Shown here in pieces: positions 14,335 through 26,199 of a stretch of DNA of 64,000 nucleotides; positions within the stretch are counted from its first letter, which is position 1; every line of letters begins with the position of its first letter. The translations under genes were made by a program, and so were the position numbers. The stretch is from Pelomyxa schiedti (lineage: Eukaryota > Protista > Evosea), in NCBI GenBank assembly GCA_020536535.1, contig JAHLWZ010000845.1:16137-80136 (forward strand), in the 5' to 3' direction. Under the pieces are notes generated by a model that searched no databases, was not told the origin of the DNA, and saw only the letters and a list, made by a program, of their open reading frames with translations.

Positions 14335-15775
14335 CAAGATACAGTAGTTCAAAGAAACATGCTTCCGTTCCTGAAGAACCTTCCCTGGTAAAGGCTGTTA
14401 CAACTCCAAGGTATGCAGAACTTCACTCTTTCTCAACCGGTTCCTAATTTCACACGCACACAGTAAGTCAAAGAAACTTGATGAGCACGCTGTTAACAAA
14501 GAACCTGCTACGGCAAAGACTACTACAGCGCCGCCAGCTAATACTGTTACTACTCCCAGGTTCACAGAACATCACACTCTAAACAGGAGTTAATCTCAAA
14601 ATTTCATCACAGAAAGACAAAGAAAAATGCCTCTTATGCATCCGCCGCTGCTGCTACTGAAGAAGGTCCTAATACTGCCGAAGAAGCGCGCTCACCCGCA
14701 CCTAAAAGACGACGGAGCATCTGTGGTCCTATAGACACAGCGGCCGCCCAACCTGGAAATGAGGCCAAAGCGGAAGAGGAGGAAGAGCATGCTACTTCTG
14801 GATGCGGTTGTGCCAAACTCCGCTGCAAGAGGGGCCGCTGCGGGTGCCTTAGTGCAAGCCGAGGATGTACCGGCGTTTGCCTGTGTGTGGACTGTGCCAA
14901 CCCGCACGGCACCAGACCCCTACCTGAGTGATCAGTAGAAGAGTAGTTCTGAGACATGAGCCCCAGTACACAGAAAAAAAAACAAAACCAAAAAAAGTCA
15001 ACACAACACAAGCCCACCAGCTGGTGACAAGTTTAGTGGATGAGAAGGCCAACAAGTGACTATTTTATTGTTTAAACTGAAAGGGAAAAATAGTTTCTCA
15101 TTTATTTATCAGGTGCCGTGGGGGCTGATTGACGGAGAAGAGTAGCCCTCAAGCAGGCACAATGAAAGACTCTTTGGGGCTGGGTTGGCCTGTGGGTGGT
15201 GGTTGGGGTCCGAATTAATTCCTTCAGCCGCAGCAGCGGTGGCGCTCTAGCAAACCCAGTGGTTCCTCAAATTAACTCATTGGGGTCGATCTCGTTAAGT
15301 GGCTGAAACGGGTTAAGTGGGAATGACTCTTGAATTTTCATGGTATCTCTGTATCATATTCAGATGAATATTCACTACACTTCATAACACACCCAGATAG
15401 ACGAGGATACACTGTTTTTCGATCCATCATATCACAAGAAATAGGCTGGTATGAGCAAAAGCAATAACGACAGTACAAGTTGTATGTCAGAGATACGTAT
15501 GTAGCTTACGGTTGGTGTGAACCCTCATTATACCTGGAGAGAAGTTAGGGATACATTTACAAAGAAAAAATTCGCACACAGCAGTCCGAAAATACTGGAG
15601 TAAGAGCACCTTGAGCCATGGACATAAAAATTGCCGTTGTCGTGGCGATTGTGGGAGACAATCGAATCACCAGCCACGTATTCTGTATCTTGTGTTGGAG
15701 AAACGCACACAATTGAAAAAGTGCTCTCGCGAATATGCACGCATTGCCTAGTACGCCAAAATGAGTACGCAGTAT

Positions 15776-15897
15776 AACCAACCAACCAACCAACCAACCA
15801 ACCAACCAACCAACCAACCAACCAACCAACCAACCAACCAACCAACCAACCAACCAACCAACCAACCAACCAACCAACCAACCAACCAACCAACCAA
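15776..15897. repeat. (AACC)n tetranucleotide microsatellite, ~30 units
   Basis: Perfect aaccaacc... run seen directly. Confidence 0.97.
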
Positions 15898-16975
15898 CAA
15901 CAAAGCAAAGTACTTGCGGGCAAAATAAAACAAACGTGTAAGGGACAGACACGCCTGGAACACACTTAGAGACCTAGAAATCCTCGCACACCGCGGTTGT
16001 GGTGTCTGAGATCTCCCCCGCAGATCCCGTGCGGGCCTCTCCATGCACATTTTTTTTTTTTGTTTATAAAAAAAAGGGGACACATTAAAAAGGATGTGAC
16101 AGAAGATTTTTCTTTTTAATTTAAAATGCTGCACCCTCCAGTGGAGTGGGCAACTTTTTTTCTCTGACCTTTTTTTCCTTGTGACGCCAATTAGGCTGTC
16201 ACAGGCCCACAATGAGTGTGACCAGGAAAAAAGTGGAAAGATAAAAAAACAAAACGAAGCAACCACGCCAGCCACGCTAGCCATGCTAGCCGAAGCACGC
16301 GGGTAGCAACGGGTAACGCCGGGTAACGCCGGCTGCTTCACCCGCAAAAAAACAGTGAAGATTTGTTTGTCCAATGTCCGGCGATTTTTGTACCAGCCTC
16401 CCCAGGTCCAACTTATGGGTTCTTCAGAAGTCGATAAACCAATAAAACTGTTTTGATATTGATCGTTTCGAAAAAAACGGTGATGATCTCCTTCGGGGTC
16501 TTACCGAAGTTGCGGGTGCGGTGACCCTAACACGACGGCGTGTGTTTCGCGACGAGTTCTATTATATTGCCCAGGTGGGGACCTTGCATGGTCTCGTGTT
16601 TGCGCCGATGTATTTTTTTTTTCTGCTAGGGGAGACTGTATGGTTTTTTTGTAAAATGTAAAACGTGGCGTAAGTGTCATACGTTTACCCAAACACACTC
16701 TTTGTTTTTCCAGAAAAAACCAATGTTAATTACAGTGCCTGTATGCATGCAAAGCAGTATCCTCGATTCCTTGAGAAGTAACCAATACCTTGTTCACAGA
16801 GTCCAAGTCTACAAATCAATTGCCACTATTCAGAACTCTCCGTGTGTTGCCTTGAAACTAACATAAAAAACAAAGTAATCACTACACAACTCACAACACA
16901 CCAGTCAACCCCTTCTTTTTACAGTACAACAAAAAAAGACTCCTTCTCCAAACAGAAAAAAGAAACGGTGGTTTT

Positions 16976-19332
16976 TTATTTTTTATGAGTGTCCCTTGTT
17001 GGTGCAGGAGTCTCAGTCTCCCCCCAGGTAGTTTTTTCCCAGCTTGGTTGTCTCTCTGCTAGTATGCCACGCCAAATGGTTGCTGTTTCTGTGGGACCAC
17101 TGATGGTGACAGCACAGTATATCTTCAGACCACTCACTTTGAGGTACTGGGGGTTGGCGACTTGCTCCGGGCTGCTGAACACTGTTATGACTTGGTTTTC
17201 ATGGGTGAAGGCCAATCCATCCGGAACTGCGTCGTGGCTCCTAACAATGTGGGAGCAGTTGTTTGCCACAAGGAATTCACATGTCACGTCCGGGCCCCAC
17301 TCCTTGATGCCCTTTCCCCGGTTCCCTTGGTGCATGCCATCTCTAGTGCCAGGGCTGTTCCACAAGAGTGAAACCGTGGTGCTGCTTGCACCTGTGGGAG
17401 TGTTTGTGTTGTTTTTGGTTTGGGTTTGGGTTATTTTGACAAGTACTACGTTTGTGGTTGCGGGTGGGGAAAGAACCTCTTACGTTCTCTGCCCTTGCCT
17501 GTCCCTTGATATCTTCAATTCTCAATCCAGGTTCAATGCCCCCATGAGCCACAAACATGCTCCTTGGGTCTTCCGCCACAGGGAAATGAATTACGGTTGC
17601 AAGCGGCAAGTTCATGAACAAACGAGCACAGTATACCTTCAGTGTGTTGACACGAGAAGATCCGAACATCAGTTCCATTGTATCAAGTTGGCCATCGCGG
17701 CTGAACATGTCCGAACATTCATGATTCCCACGATTCACAAAGACCTTGGTTGGGTGCATAACAATCCGTTTACAAATATCGCACAGAATATGCAGTCCAA
17801 AGGCTCCTCTGCCTACCATATCCCCTATGGCACAAGAGTAAGAACAAATAATCAAGGCAACATACACTGCAAACCATTGTATACCCAGTACTGCTCACTA
17901 TTAAAGTCGCCGGAATCTAATTCTTTGGCACTGCCATATTGTAAGACTTCGAAAAAATGCGATACACTTACAAGGTGTAAGCCTCCCAGGAGCCATGTAG
18001 ATCACCAATAACATTCACACAATCCGTTGCAGATAAGGTCATTTCGTTGACGAGGGAGTGCCGTTTGGAGAGGACCTGTGTTGCCGCATCAAGTAGTTCC
18101 TTAGTGTGCATATATAATCCCAGCATGTCGGGACCCCCTTCTTCCAACTGGAAGGACTCGAAATCACCAAAGAGCCATTCACCTTTTTTCTTGTGTTCTA
18201 CACATATTAAGGAATATATGTTATTCTTACTTGGCTCAATATATCTTGTGCGGAAAACTTCTACTGCAGCTTTAGAGATGTTAGATGGGGGCGAAAAGGG
18301 TGAAAGGGGGGAAGACTTACATTCTGGAGTTGATGAACTTGCACATGAAGGCTTTTTGGAAGCTGTTTGTGGCGAATAACCTGTTAGAGGACGATTGTGA
18401 CGAGAGGGGAGACGGCACCTGAGGGTTGTTCAGTGGGAAATGGTGGAGGATACAGTCTCTTTTTACCTGGAAGTTTCATTAGAAAAAGAGATAGTAAATT
18501 GAAGTGTCTTACCGGCCAGCTTCTCCTCAGGTGGATGTTCAGTTCTCTCTTCAAGTGGACGAGCAGTTGCTTTCTGTTGCTGAGTTTGAGAAGTTGTTGT
18601 TGCTGTTGCTGTTTCTGCAGTTGCCTTTGTGGTTGTGCTGTTGCTTTGGTTACCATGGTGTTGTTGGCGGGTCAGTCTTTTGCTATTACTACGCGGTGGG
18701 GAGCCAGGAGGGGGACTCGAGAGGGGTTCTGCAGCTGGGAACCCACGAGGCGCCCGGGGGGCGGGAGGAGCTGTGGAGGGGGGCCGCGCGGCAAGCCTTG
18801 CCGCTGCGACGTGGGGCCCGGTGTAAACGGAGATCTGTCCTAGCTGTGCGCCTGGTTCTGCCTTGGGTGTGGGCGGTTTGCGGTGCCGGCCGCAGGTGTA
18901 GCCAGTGGCCGGGTCCACCAGCCACGCCGGCCGGGTATTTATCCGTCGCTGGATCAACGATGCGTCCTTTGCCCATTGGGCGTTCTCGAACGTAACGTAG
19001 TGGTCTGTGCATAATACACCTTCGGAAGTCCACGTGTGGGTTGTAACTTGGACCCTTGGTACGTTGTGAACACCCCCTACGTTGAGAAAAAAAGTGCGAA
19101 TCTTCTAGAACGTGTAGAAGGATCAAAAAAGAAACAGAAAAAAAACAAGTTGGTGAGTCTCATACGGGTGGTAGTCTCTCAGATCCTTATAAACTTGTTC
19201 AGCAGCTGTTTTGGCAGGAGGATGGAGGACTAACTTCGTGTGTTGTGGTAGATCTAGGACCGCAGGGTCCGCGTGCCCGTCGTTGTGTCCTTGGTGCTGT
19301 TTCTGTGCGGCGATTTCCCCCTCCCCCATCAT
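16976..19332 (-). CDS. Divergent PPP-family (PP5/PP7-like) Ser/Thr phosphatase with RRM-like N-terminal region
   Basis: VIGDLHGS, WVYNG/DMVGRG, FVNRGNHE, FVAHGGI, IVRSHD and VITVFSS motifs; upstream exons join in frame back to ATG 19332 in my reconstruction. Confidence 0.8.
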
Positions 19333-20543
19333 CTTCGTCCGCCCCCTTCTTTTTTCTTTTTTTTTCCTTCAGTCTCAATCTCAAATGTTAAGAAGGAAAT
19401 CTTTCCCTCGTGTGTGAGACTGGTCGTCCCAGAGAGAACTACTTTCCAAATAGGCTCCTCGTCCTAACAATTTTCGTGAATATTTGCTGCTGCATTTCTC
19501 CTCACTGACAGTAGTACATGTAAGAGACCTCCCTTTCAATCTCGTATGGAACAAACCATGCAACCATCGAACGCACAATCAGACCGTTTGAGAGACTCCC
19601 AGAACTGGTAAAACAAAACAGTATTCAGTTCGTGCTCGGATTTGGAGTGGACAAGTTGTTCATGTGGTTCCACCTTTTTTCCCCCCTTATCACAAACACT
19701 GCAGATAGAACCTCAAGCCTCTGAACTGATGGAAGGGCAGGGTCTCAACAGTTATTTCTGTTACCTTCTACCTCCAAGTGCACCATCGTTACAACTGGTT
19801 GCCATTTAACGTCAGGTCAGTTCTCCCTGATGATGTCATTCATCATCATTTACCTTACACACAGACAGATGAATGCACTGTTGAACTTGAGATACAAACA
19901 GGCATAATATCTGCCTCCAATTTCTTGTGAAGTACCTGTTAAGTGAGTATTTTTTTTTTTTTTTCAAAACCCTGTTTTTCCACGCGCAAGTGCCGGTACC
20001 TGCTCCCTCCTCCCTTCCCAAACAGTAGCACGTACTTTCACAAGGAGATTCCTACGCTGTTAGGCAAATGTTACCAGTACAAGGCCGAGAAGTCTTTAAA
20101 TTTTGAATACTAAATCGTCAATCATTGATATTCAGTGCGGCAAGGTGTGATCACCCCGTCCATATTTATACAGTCTGTTGCAGCACAACGGCAAATGAAC
20201 ATTTTTGCGGTAAGGTACCCACTCAACATTTCCGCACCAAATCCTAATTTCAAGCAGTAGTAATTCTCTTTGAGAATAAACATTCCATCTTTGGAAGATC
20301 CAGCTTCGATGCTCTAGGAGAACAGAGTACACTTCCACAACTACTTCTAAACTGCTGTAAAATTGCTAGGCTGCTCTGGAAAAATGTGTCCAGCTCTGTT
20401 TCTTCTCTACAAACACCCCTTTTTCTTCTGCCCTTGCTCTCTAACCTGATAGGAACAGAAATTGCTATGGTGAATGTGCATTTCGTTCGATGGTTTTGAT
20501 AGGGTACTTTCTCTAATGGGAAAAAAAATTTTTCGGTTTCTAG

Positions 20544-22055
20544 TTATAAGGGAAGAGAAGGTGTATTGAAGGGAAACAGGGTCACGGATCGGGGTAAAAT
20601 TGGTCTGGGGTATGTCATAGTGAACAACAAGGTGCCCGTCGCTGCGTCAATGAAGTTATGCTTGCATGTCAGAGAAGTGACTGCATTCTCATAAGGAAGC
20701 ACAAAGAGGTTCTGTTCGGTAGAGGTCAACTTTTGCTTACTGACACAAACAGCAACTTCAGTGGTCACAAGAAGGCCACATCCAGCAACCACGGAGAGAA
20801 CTGCTGTGCCATGATTGTGTGTGATGAAGGCAGCTGGTTGAGTGTGAATGGGAAGGGCTTCTATTCTCGGTCTTTTTGCTTCTGGAGCGTGTTTGCGATG
20901 AGGAAGGAGGGATGAGAGTGTATACACAGAGGTTGAGTATCCGTCTGTGGTGCTGAGGTGTGTGGCATCCACTGCTTTCACAAGGAGCCCACTGCTGACT
21001 TCCAGCCACGTGATAGTCCGCGCTCTTCTCGCGTCAAAGAGCTGTTGCTTCCCTCCGGTTGAAAAAGGAAAGTAATACCTCCATTTGATCCTGTCGAACA
21101 GTGGAACACCCAAAAGCTCTGGAGATAGCCCCGCTTGTGTCAAGTTGCATTCAATCTCCAAGTCAGGTTCCGACAGAGACCCAGTCTTCCAAACTGTGTC
21201 GAGGTCCACGTGGTAGATAGTAAGAATCCACTCCTGCTGCCGATTCTTCACGGCGACAATCATCTCCAGAGTGTCAGACTCACATTCGTACTCACTGACC
21301 GGGGAAAGGAACTTGAAGGAGCGGACTCCCCTCAGCAACTTGGCCTTCACCTGAACCATCGACTGAGGCACACCACCCACAACTTTCCACACAGCCAACA
21401 GAGGGAGCCCCTTGGGCAGCATCACAACCCACCTCCTGTTGCACGCGACCATGGGGAACTTGTTGACGAAAGGGAGCGGGGCCGGGCGCGCGAGCTGCTG
21501 CCCCCTGCGATCCACGACGGTCATCGCGGGCTGCGCGGCGGGCCTCGCCACGGCGCGGTCGGGGGCGATCCAGCCGAGCACCGAGGTGCCCCAGCCCACG
21601 GTGCGCGGGCGCCCCACCAGCCCCAGCGTGTGCGACACGCGGAGCAGCAGCGGTGGGTCGGGGCCGTCGCGGCCTGGGTCGGCCCCGCCGTGGCGCCGGT
21701 AACGCGGGGGCTCCCCGTCGAAGGTGACGAGCACCACGCGCTCCGCGCACACCACCCACCTCCTCCCGATGCACTCGGCCAGCACCCACAACGGCAGTGT
21801 CGCGGCACCGCGGACTCCCGCCCCCGCCGCCACTGCGCCTGCCTGTCCCTGCCCCCCCTGCCCGTGCTCGTGGCCTTGCGCCTGTTGTTGTTGCTGATGC
21901 TGTGGCTCGTTGGCTGTCTGACGACGCGAGGAGAAACGCGATGATGCTAGTGCAATGAATTGACTCTCTGCTCGCAGCAACGACACAACAGCGGGGTCTT
22001 GTGGCCCGATGTAGTCGTCTGTGCCTGCGCGCGGTACCTTACGGCTCCACCACAT
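20544..22055 (-). CDS. Intronless hypothetical protein (lineage-specific family, related to 2736-4028)
   Basis: 503-aa ORF with GC-rich 5' half; AESQFIALAS and FIDAATGTLLFT motifs. Confidence 0.7.
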   Translation of the reverse strand: MWWSRKVPRAGTDDYIGPQDPAVVSLLRAESQFIALASSRFSSRRQTANEPQHQQQQQAQGHEHGQGGQGQAGAVAAGAGVRGAATLPLWVLAECIGRRWVVCAERVVLVTFDGEPPRYRRHGGADPGRDGPDPPLLLRVSHTLGLVGRPRTVGWGTSVLGWIAPDRAVARPAAQPAMTVVDRRGQQLARPAPLPFVNKFPMVACNRRWVVMLPKGLPLLAVWKVVGGVPQSMVQVKAKLLRGVRSFKFLSPVSEYECESDTLEMIVAVKNRQQEWILTIYHVDLDTVWKTGSLSEPDLEIECNLTQAGLSPELLGVPLFDRIKWRYYFPFSTGGKQQLFDARRARTITWLEVSSGLLVKAVDATHLSTTDGYSTSVYTLSSLLPHRKHAPEAKRPRIEALPIHTQPAAFITHNHGTAVLSVVAGCGLLVTTEVAVCVSKQKLTSTEQNLFVLPYENAVTSLTCKHNFIDAATGTLLFTMTYPRPILPRSVTLFPFNTPSLPL

Positions 22056-22328
22056 GAAAGATATTCCGGTTATACCAACTTAGTAAGCTGCCAGCGAAGA
22101 ACCCATAATGCCGATTCGAAGGGCCTTCAGATCCTCAAAATTAATCAACACTACCTAAAAAGGTCGTGGGGTGGGCCTCTGCCTACCCTGTAACCGAACT
22201 GCCGGCGGGGTAACCCCCGCTGCCCAGAACAGGTTTTTTTTTTTGTAATGACATATGTTAGGTGCCAGTTGACGTGAACACGGACCAGTTCCGTTTTTTT
22301 TTCCCTGTTCTTGATGTATCTTTCTTTA

Positions 22329-24623
22329 TCAGGAGGTTGTAGTATTGACATGACTGTTGGTACCAAAGATGCCCCCTTCCGTGGGACTGAAGAAATCGGC
22401 CTGAATGCTGATTAGTGCTTGGGGAAATAGAATAGTAAGAACCTGCAACATAGAGTACTTCGAGAGGTAACCAAGGGCACTGAACATAGTTGTTATTGAT
22501 TCCTGATGATCCAGAGGATTTATTGCCCACATTGCAATTGTGCCTTCCAACGACGGGAATTGATTAGCATCCTATCTCAGGGTGAGAAAAACACTCCCGG
22601 CAAGAAAAAGTCATACACGATCAAAGCTGGGAATAAGTTTGCATGTCTCCCAAATGCTTCGTTTCTGTGTAGCAGGAAGATTTTCAAGCTGCTTAGCCCA
22701 TACCTGTAGCTGGGAGAGTTAAATTCATATAGAACGGAAATAGAAGACATACCATGTGAAGTTGCATCATGGATGACCGGGCAGTGCAGCCCCACAGAGT
22801 GGAATCCCCTTCTGTATCAACGGCTGGAGCAGGAAACTCGTTGGAAAACAGTTTTGGGTTTGCCCACTTAACTTGCAGGAACGCAGCATAAAATAACTCG
22901 GCCAAGATTGGTTGTACTGAGCCTCGTTTTTGTCTTGACTTGGTGAATACAGCATTAACTAAATCCAGAATCGATATGCTTTCCGAAGGTGGCCCTTGCA
23001 GCCCACAAACTTGGAGAATAGCTTTCATAACTATACTTCGTTCGATCGATTCCAGCTGGTCTGCTCTCCGAGCATACGCCTTAACGGCTCTAATAATAGC
23101 ATTGAAGAAGGATGGGGACTGCGGAGAATTGAAGAGATAGGAATTAGTATGTTGAGGTGACGCCGGGGGACTGGGCATTTTTGGAGTTCCCGCTGTAGCT
23201 GTGGTTGATGAAGGTGGTGAAGGCTGGGACCGGTTTGGACTCTGTATGTCAGGAAAACCTTCAGAGGGAGGAATCTTTGGGGATGGTGCGGTTGTATTTT
23301 GACGTGCAGGAGAAGGAGGGGGGGAGGGAGATTGTGGCGTAAATGGAGGAGGCTGTGTCAAAGGCATTAGAGAAAGTGATGTGAATGGTGATATCCCTAG
23401 TTGTTGTTGTTGTGCAGTTAGTTGAGAAAGACTTGGAGGCCTCCCTCTACGAGGAGTTGCGGTAATTGTTGGCTGTAGTTGTTGGAACTGACCTCGCTGA
23501 AGTTTATGTGTGGATTGATGTGCGTGGGGAGGGACTAACTCCATAGCCTGAGGATTAGAGAAAATCATGGGGTTGTACTGTAGATTCCGTGGGAATTGCA
23601 TGTAGCGCTTATCCGGAGTTAGTGAACAGGCCCTTTGTGACTGGACATCTGGGTAGGCACTATAACCAAGGGATTGTGAGGGGGTTGAACTGCGAGGCCT
23701 GGTACCGGAGCTGGGGGAGTGTGCGAGTTTAGGACGTGATTGATAACTTTCGTATTGCTCTGTACTTGGATGCTTTCTAGGTAAAGAGTATTCTCCGCCT
23801 AATGTTGTACCAAAAGCTTCGTGCAGTTGCTGGTGCATCGGGATACTATTGTAAAGTGGATAAGGGATTTGATTAAGGTGATATTGCTCAATTTGGCTCT
23901 GCAGTTGCTGGTGCTTGATGTGGGCAGGGATATTACCTTCGTAATAATCAGGTGTCTGCAGGCAGCGACCCTGAGATTCTTGAATTTGTTGTTGCTCTTT
24001 CAATTGTCCGTGTATCAAATTTCTATCCAACGAGGATTGATGCTGCAGCTGACTTTGAACTTGGTGTTGAAGCTCTGGGTTGAGAGTGGGTATGATTGTT
24101 CCTCTTTTTGTGTGTATGGGCTTCAAAGAACTCTGGTGCATATCCATAACCTCTGGAGGCATCCCCATCATCATCTGCATTGGCATTTGAAGTGGCATGG
24201 ACCCTTTATACAATTGAGGTAGTGGGTGATTGTACTCGTTTACATCAATATCTTCTGCTAAACCTGGTGACTCATTAATGAAAAGATCCCAACGATTCCT
24301 TAGGGGAAAAAAAACTCACCTGAAGTACTCGGCCTACTACGGCCATGCCGTGATTGATGAATGGGTGGAATAAACTCACAAGGCAAGGGGTACACCCCAG
24401 GACCAACACCAATTCCACTACCACCACCACAGGCACCCCTGGCCACCGCCGAACAAGAAGGCAACGACACTTGCTGCTTGTTGTTGTTGATGGTGCTGTT
24501 GTTTATACTCCCAGCAGGGCCAACACTGGCACTTCCAGTCTCCTTCTTCTGTTGTTGTTGTTGCTGTTGTGATGATGACACTTTGGTACCACCAACGGGT
24601 TGTTGCTGTTGTTGTGGCCGCAT
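22329..24623 (-). CDS. Gln/Pro-rich protein with an AT-hook (putative transcription regulator)
   Basis: Long 506-codon exon with TPRRGRPPS; polyQ first exon; intron-flanked 3' exons. Confidence 0.6.
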
Positions 24624-25189
24624 TCTTTGCTTATTTGTTTATTTTTTTTTTCTTTGTTGACTTTGCCGAAAGCTAGGAGGTGTCTGTTGTGTTGGAAAAT
24701 TTTTTTGGATTCTTGTGATGATGCCGGTGTTCCAGCACACATTCAGAAAAAAGCAATAACGGATGTTCTTTCTCCTTGTTTCGGATAAGGGGGAAAAAAT
24801 GGGAGGTGCCCCTTGGTGAAATCAAAAGTTACTTGCTGTTCAAACAAGGAAAGTGTTCTCGCTTTGTTCAGTGGTTGTTTTTTTTGTTAGGACGAAATGC
24901 CTGGAAGCAGCATTGGAAGTGGGCGTTTTGAGGGTGGCTGTCGTGGCACAGGGGAGTAAACTATGCAAAGTGTGTGTTTCGCACGCGAAGGAAGTGCCCA
25001 CTTCCAATGCTTGTGTACAGACGGGTCACTGTCGAAATACCCCAGTTTCTTCATCCCAAAGGCACAGATAAGGCTGAGAGAGCGACGGCGACACGTGGAT
25101 CGAGAGGCGGCAAGCCACGTGTACGGTGATCTCTGTACTTTTCTGAGAACCAGAACAAGCCGCGAAGCCGAAATCACCTTCCTAATTCA

Positions 25190-26111
25190 ATGAGAACTTG
25201 CACACGACTGCCAGCGAAGCGATCGTCGTCGGCCCTCGTGCCCCTCTGCGTGGCGTGCTGCCTGTTCCTCGCCGTGCTCCCTGCCGCGCACGCGATGCCC
25301 AGCGGCGTCCTGCCGGGCTTCCCCACCAACAGCCGCGAGGAGGGCTACCTCCCCCTGCTGCTGCGGCGCGCCGTCGAAATAGCCGTCGACGGCACCGAGG
25401 ACACGCCTTCGGCCGTCGCCGAGCGCGGCGACAAGCCGGGGATGCCGCGCCCGACGCCGTCGGCCAAAAGGATGCGCGCCGTAACCGTAAGGACGATGTC
25501 CGAGCTAAGACAGGAGGCGGACTTTTTGGCGGAACTGGCCGAGTCTAAACCAATTGTGGGTGGTGCTAAGGGCAAGCACGGGCTCGGGGAGAAGCCCAGT
25601 GCGGAGGCCCTGTTGTCTTGGGACATGATGAGGCTTGCCAGGCTGGCTGCAATTATGGGTGCAAGCACTACCGACCACACTGAAGAAAATGCATGCTGAT
25701 TATCCTCTCCCTCTTCTATTTCTTCATTATTCTATTGTTATATTAAGAACAGTTTGGGATTCCTGGTCTCACTTTTACTGACAGTTCAAACAAAAAGTAC
25801 TGTTGAGTATTGTTGGCACAGATATTGAATCAGAGACACTCGAGGATGCTGCTAAGAAAGCTGCTGCCGCCCTGTTAGAGAAAATAGGAGGAGCCTTTGA
25901 TGCTGACAAGCTTCACAAATACTTGGCCGACCCTACAATCGTAGATGTCCTTCTGTCCAATTTACATGTATTCTTTTCCCTTCCACCGGGTACCATCATT
26001 TTAACTCATAAAGGTTACGTTTGGAGCCGAAATTCCAGTTCTGACAGCCCAAGAGAAATCGATCCCAGAGAAGAAAAAATCTGGACCACCAGAAATTTTC
26101 CCACGAGATAA
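25190..26111 (+). CDS. Hypothetical secreted protein
   Basis: Signal-peptide-like LVPLCVACCLFLAVLPAAHA; GC-rich exon 1 plus later exons; 3' end approximate. Confidence 0.5.
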
Positions 26112-26199
26112 TAGATTCCCGCGTACCCCTGTACCTCGTCCTCCTCAACAAGAACTATAATAAAAAGTGTTTTCTTTTTTGACAAATTTCAAAAAATAC

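Noticed and set aside
15776-15897. Telomeric repeat or CRISPR array
   Set aside because: Interstitial 4-nt unit without spacers; a simple microsatellite.
15528-16374. ORFs with (LVGW)n repeats
   Set aside because: Translation artefacts of the (AACC)n microsatellite.
16989-18011. 340-aa plus-strand ORF
   Set aside because: Antisense to the PPP phosphatase, whose motifs are on the minus strand.
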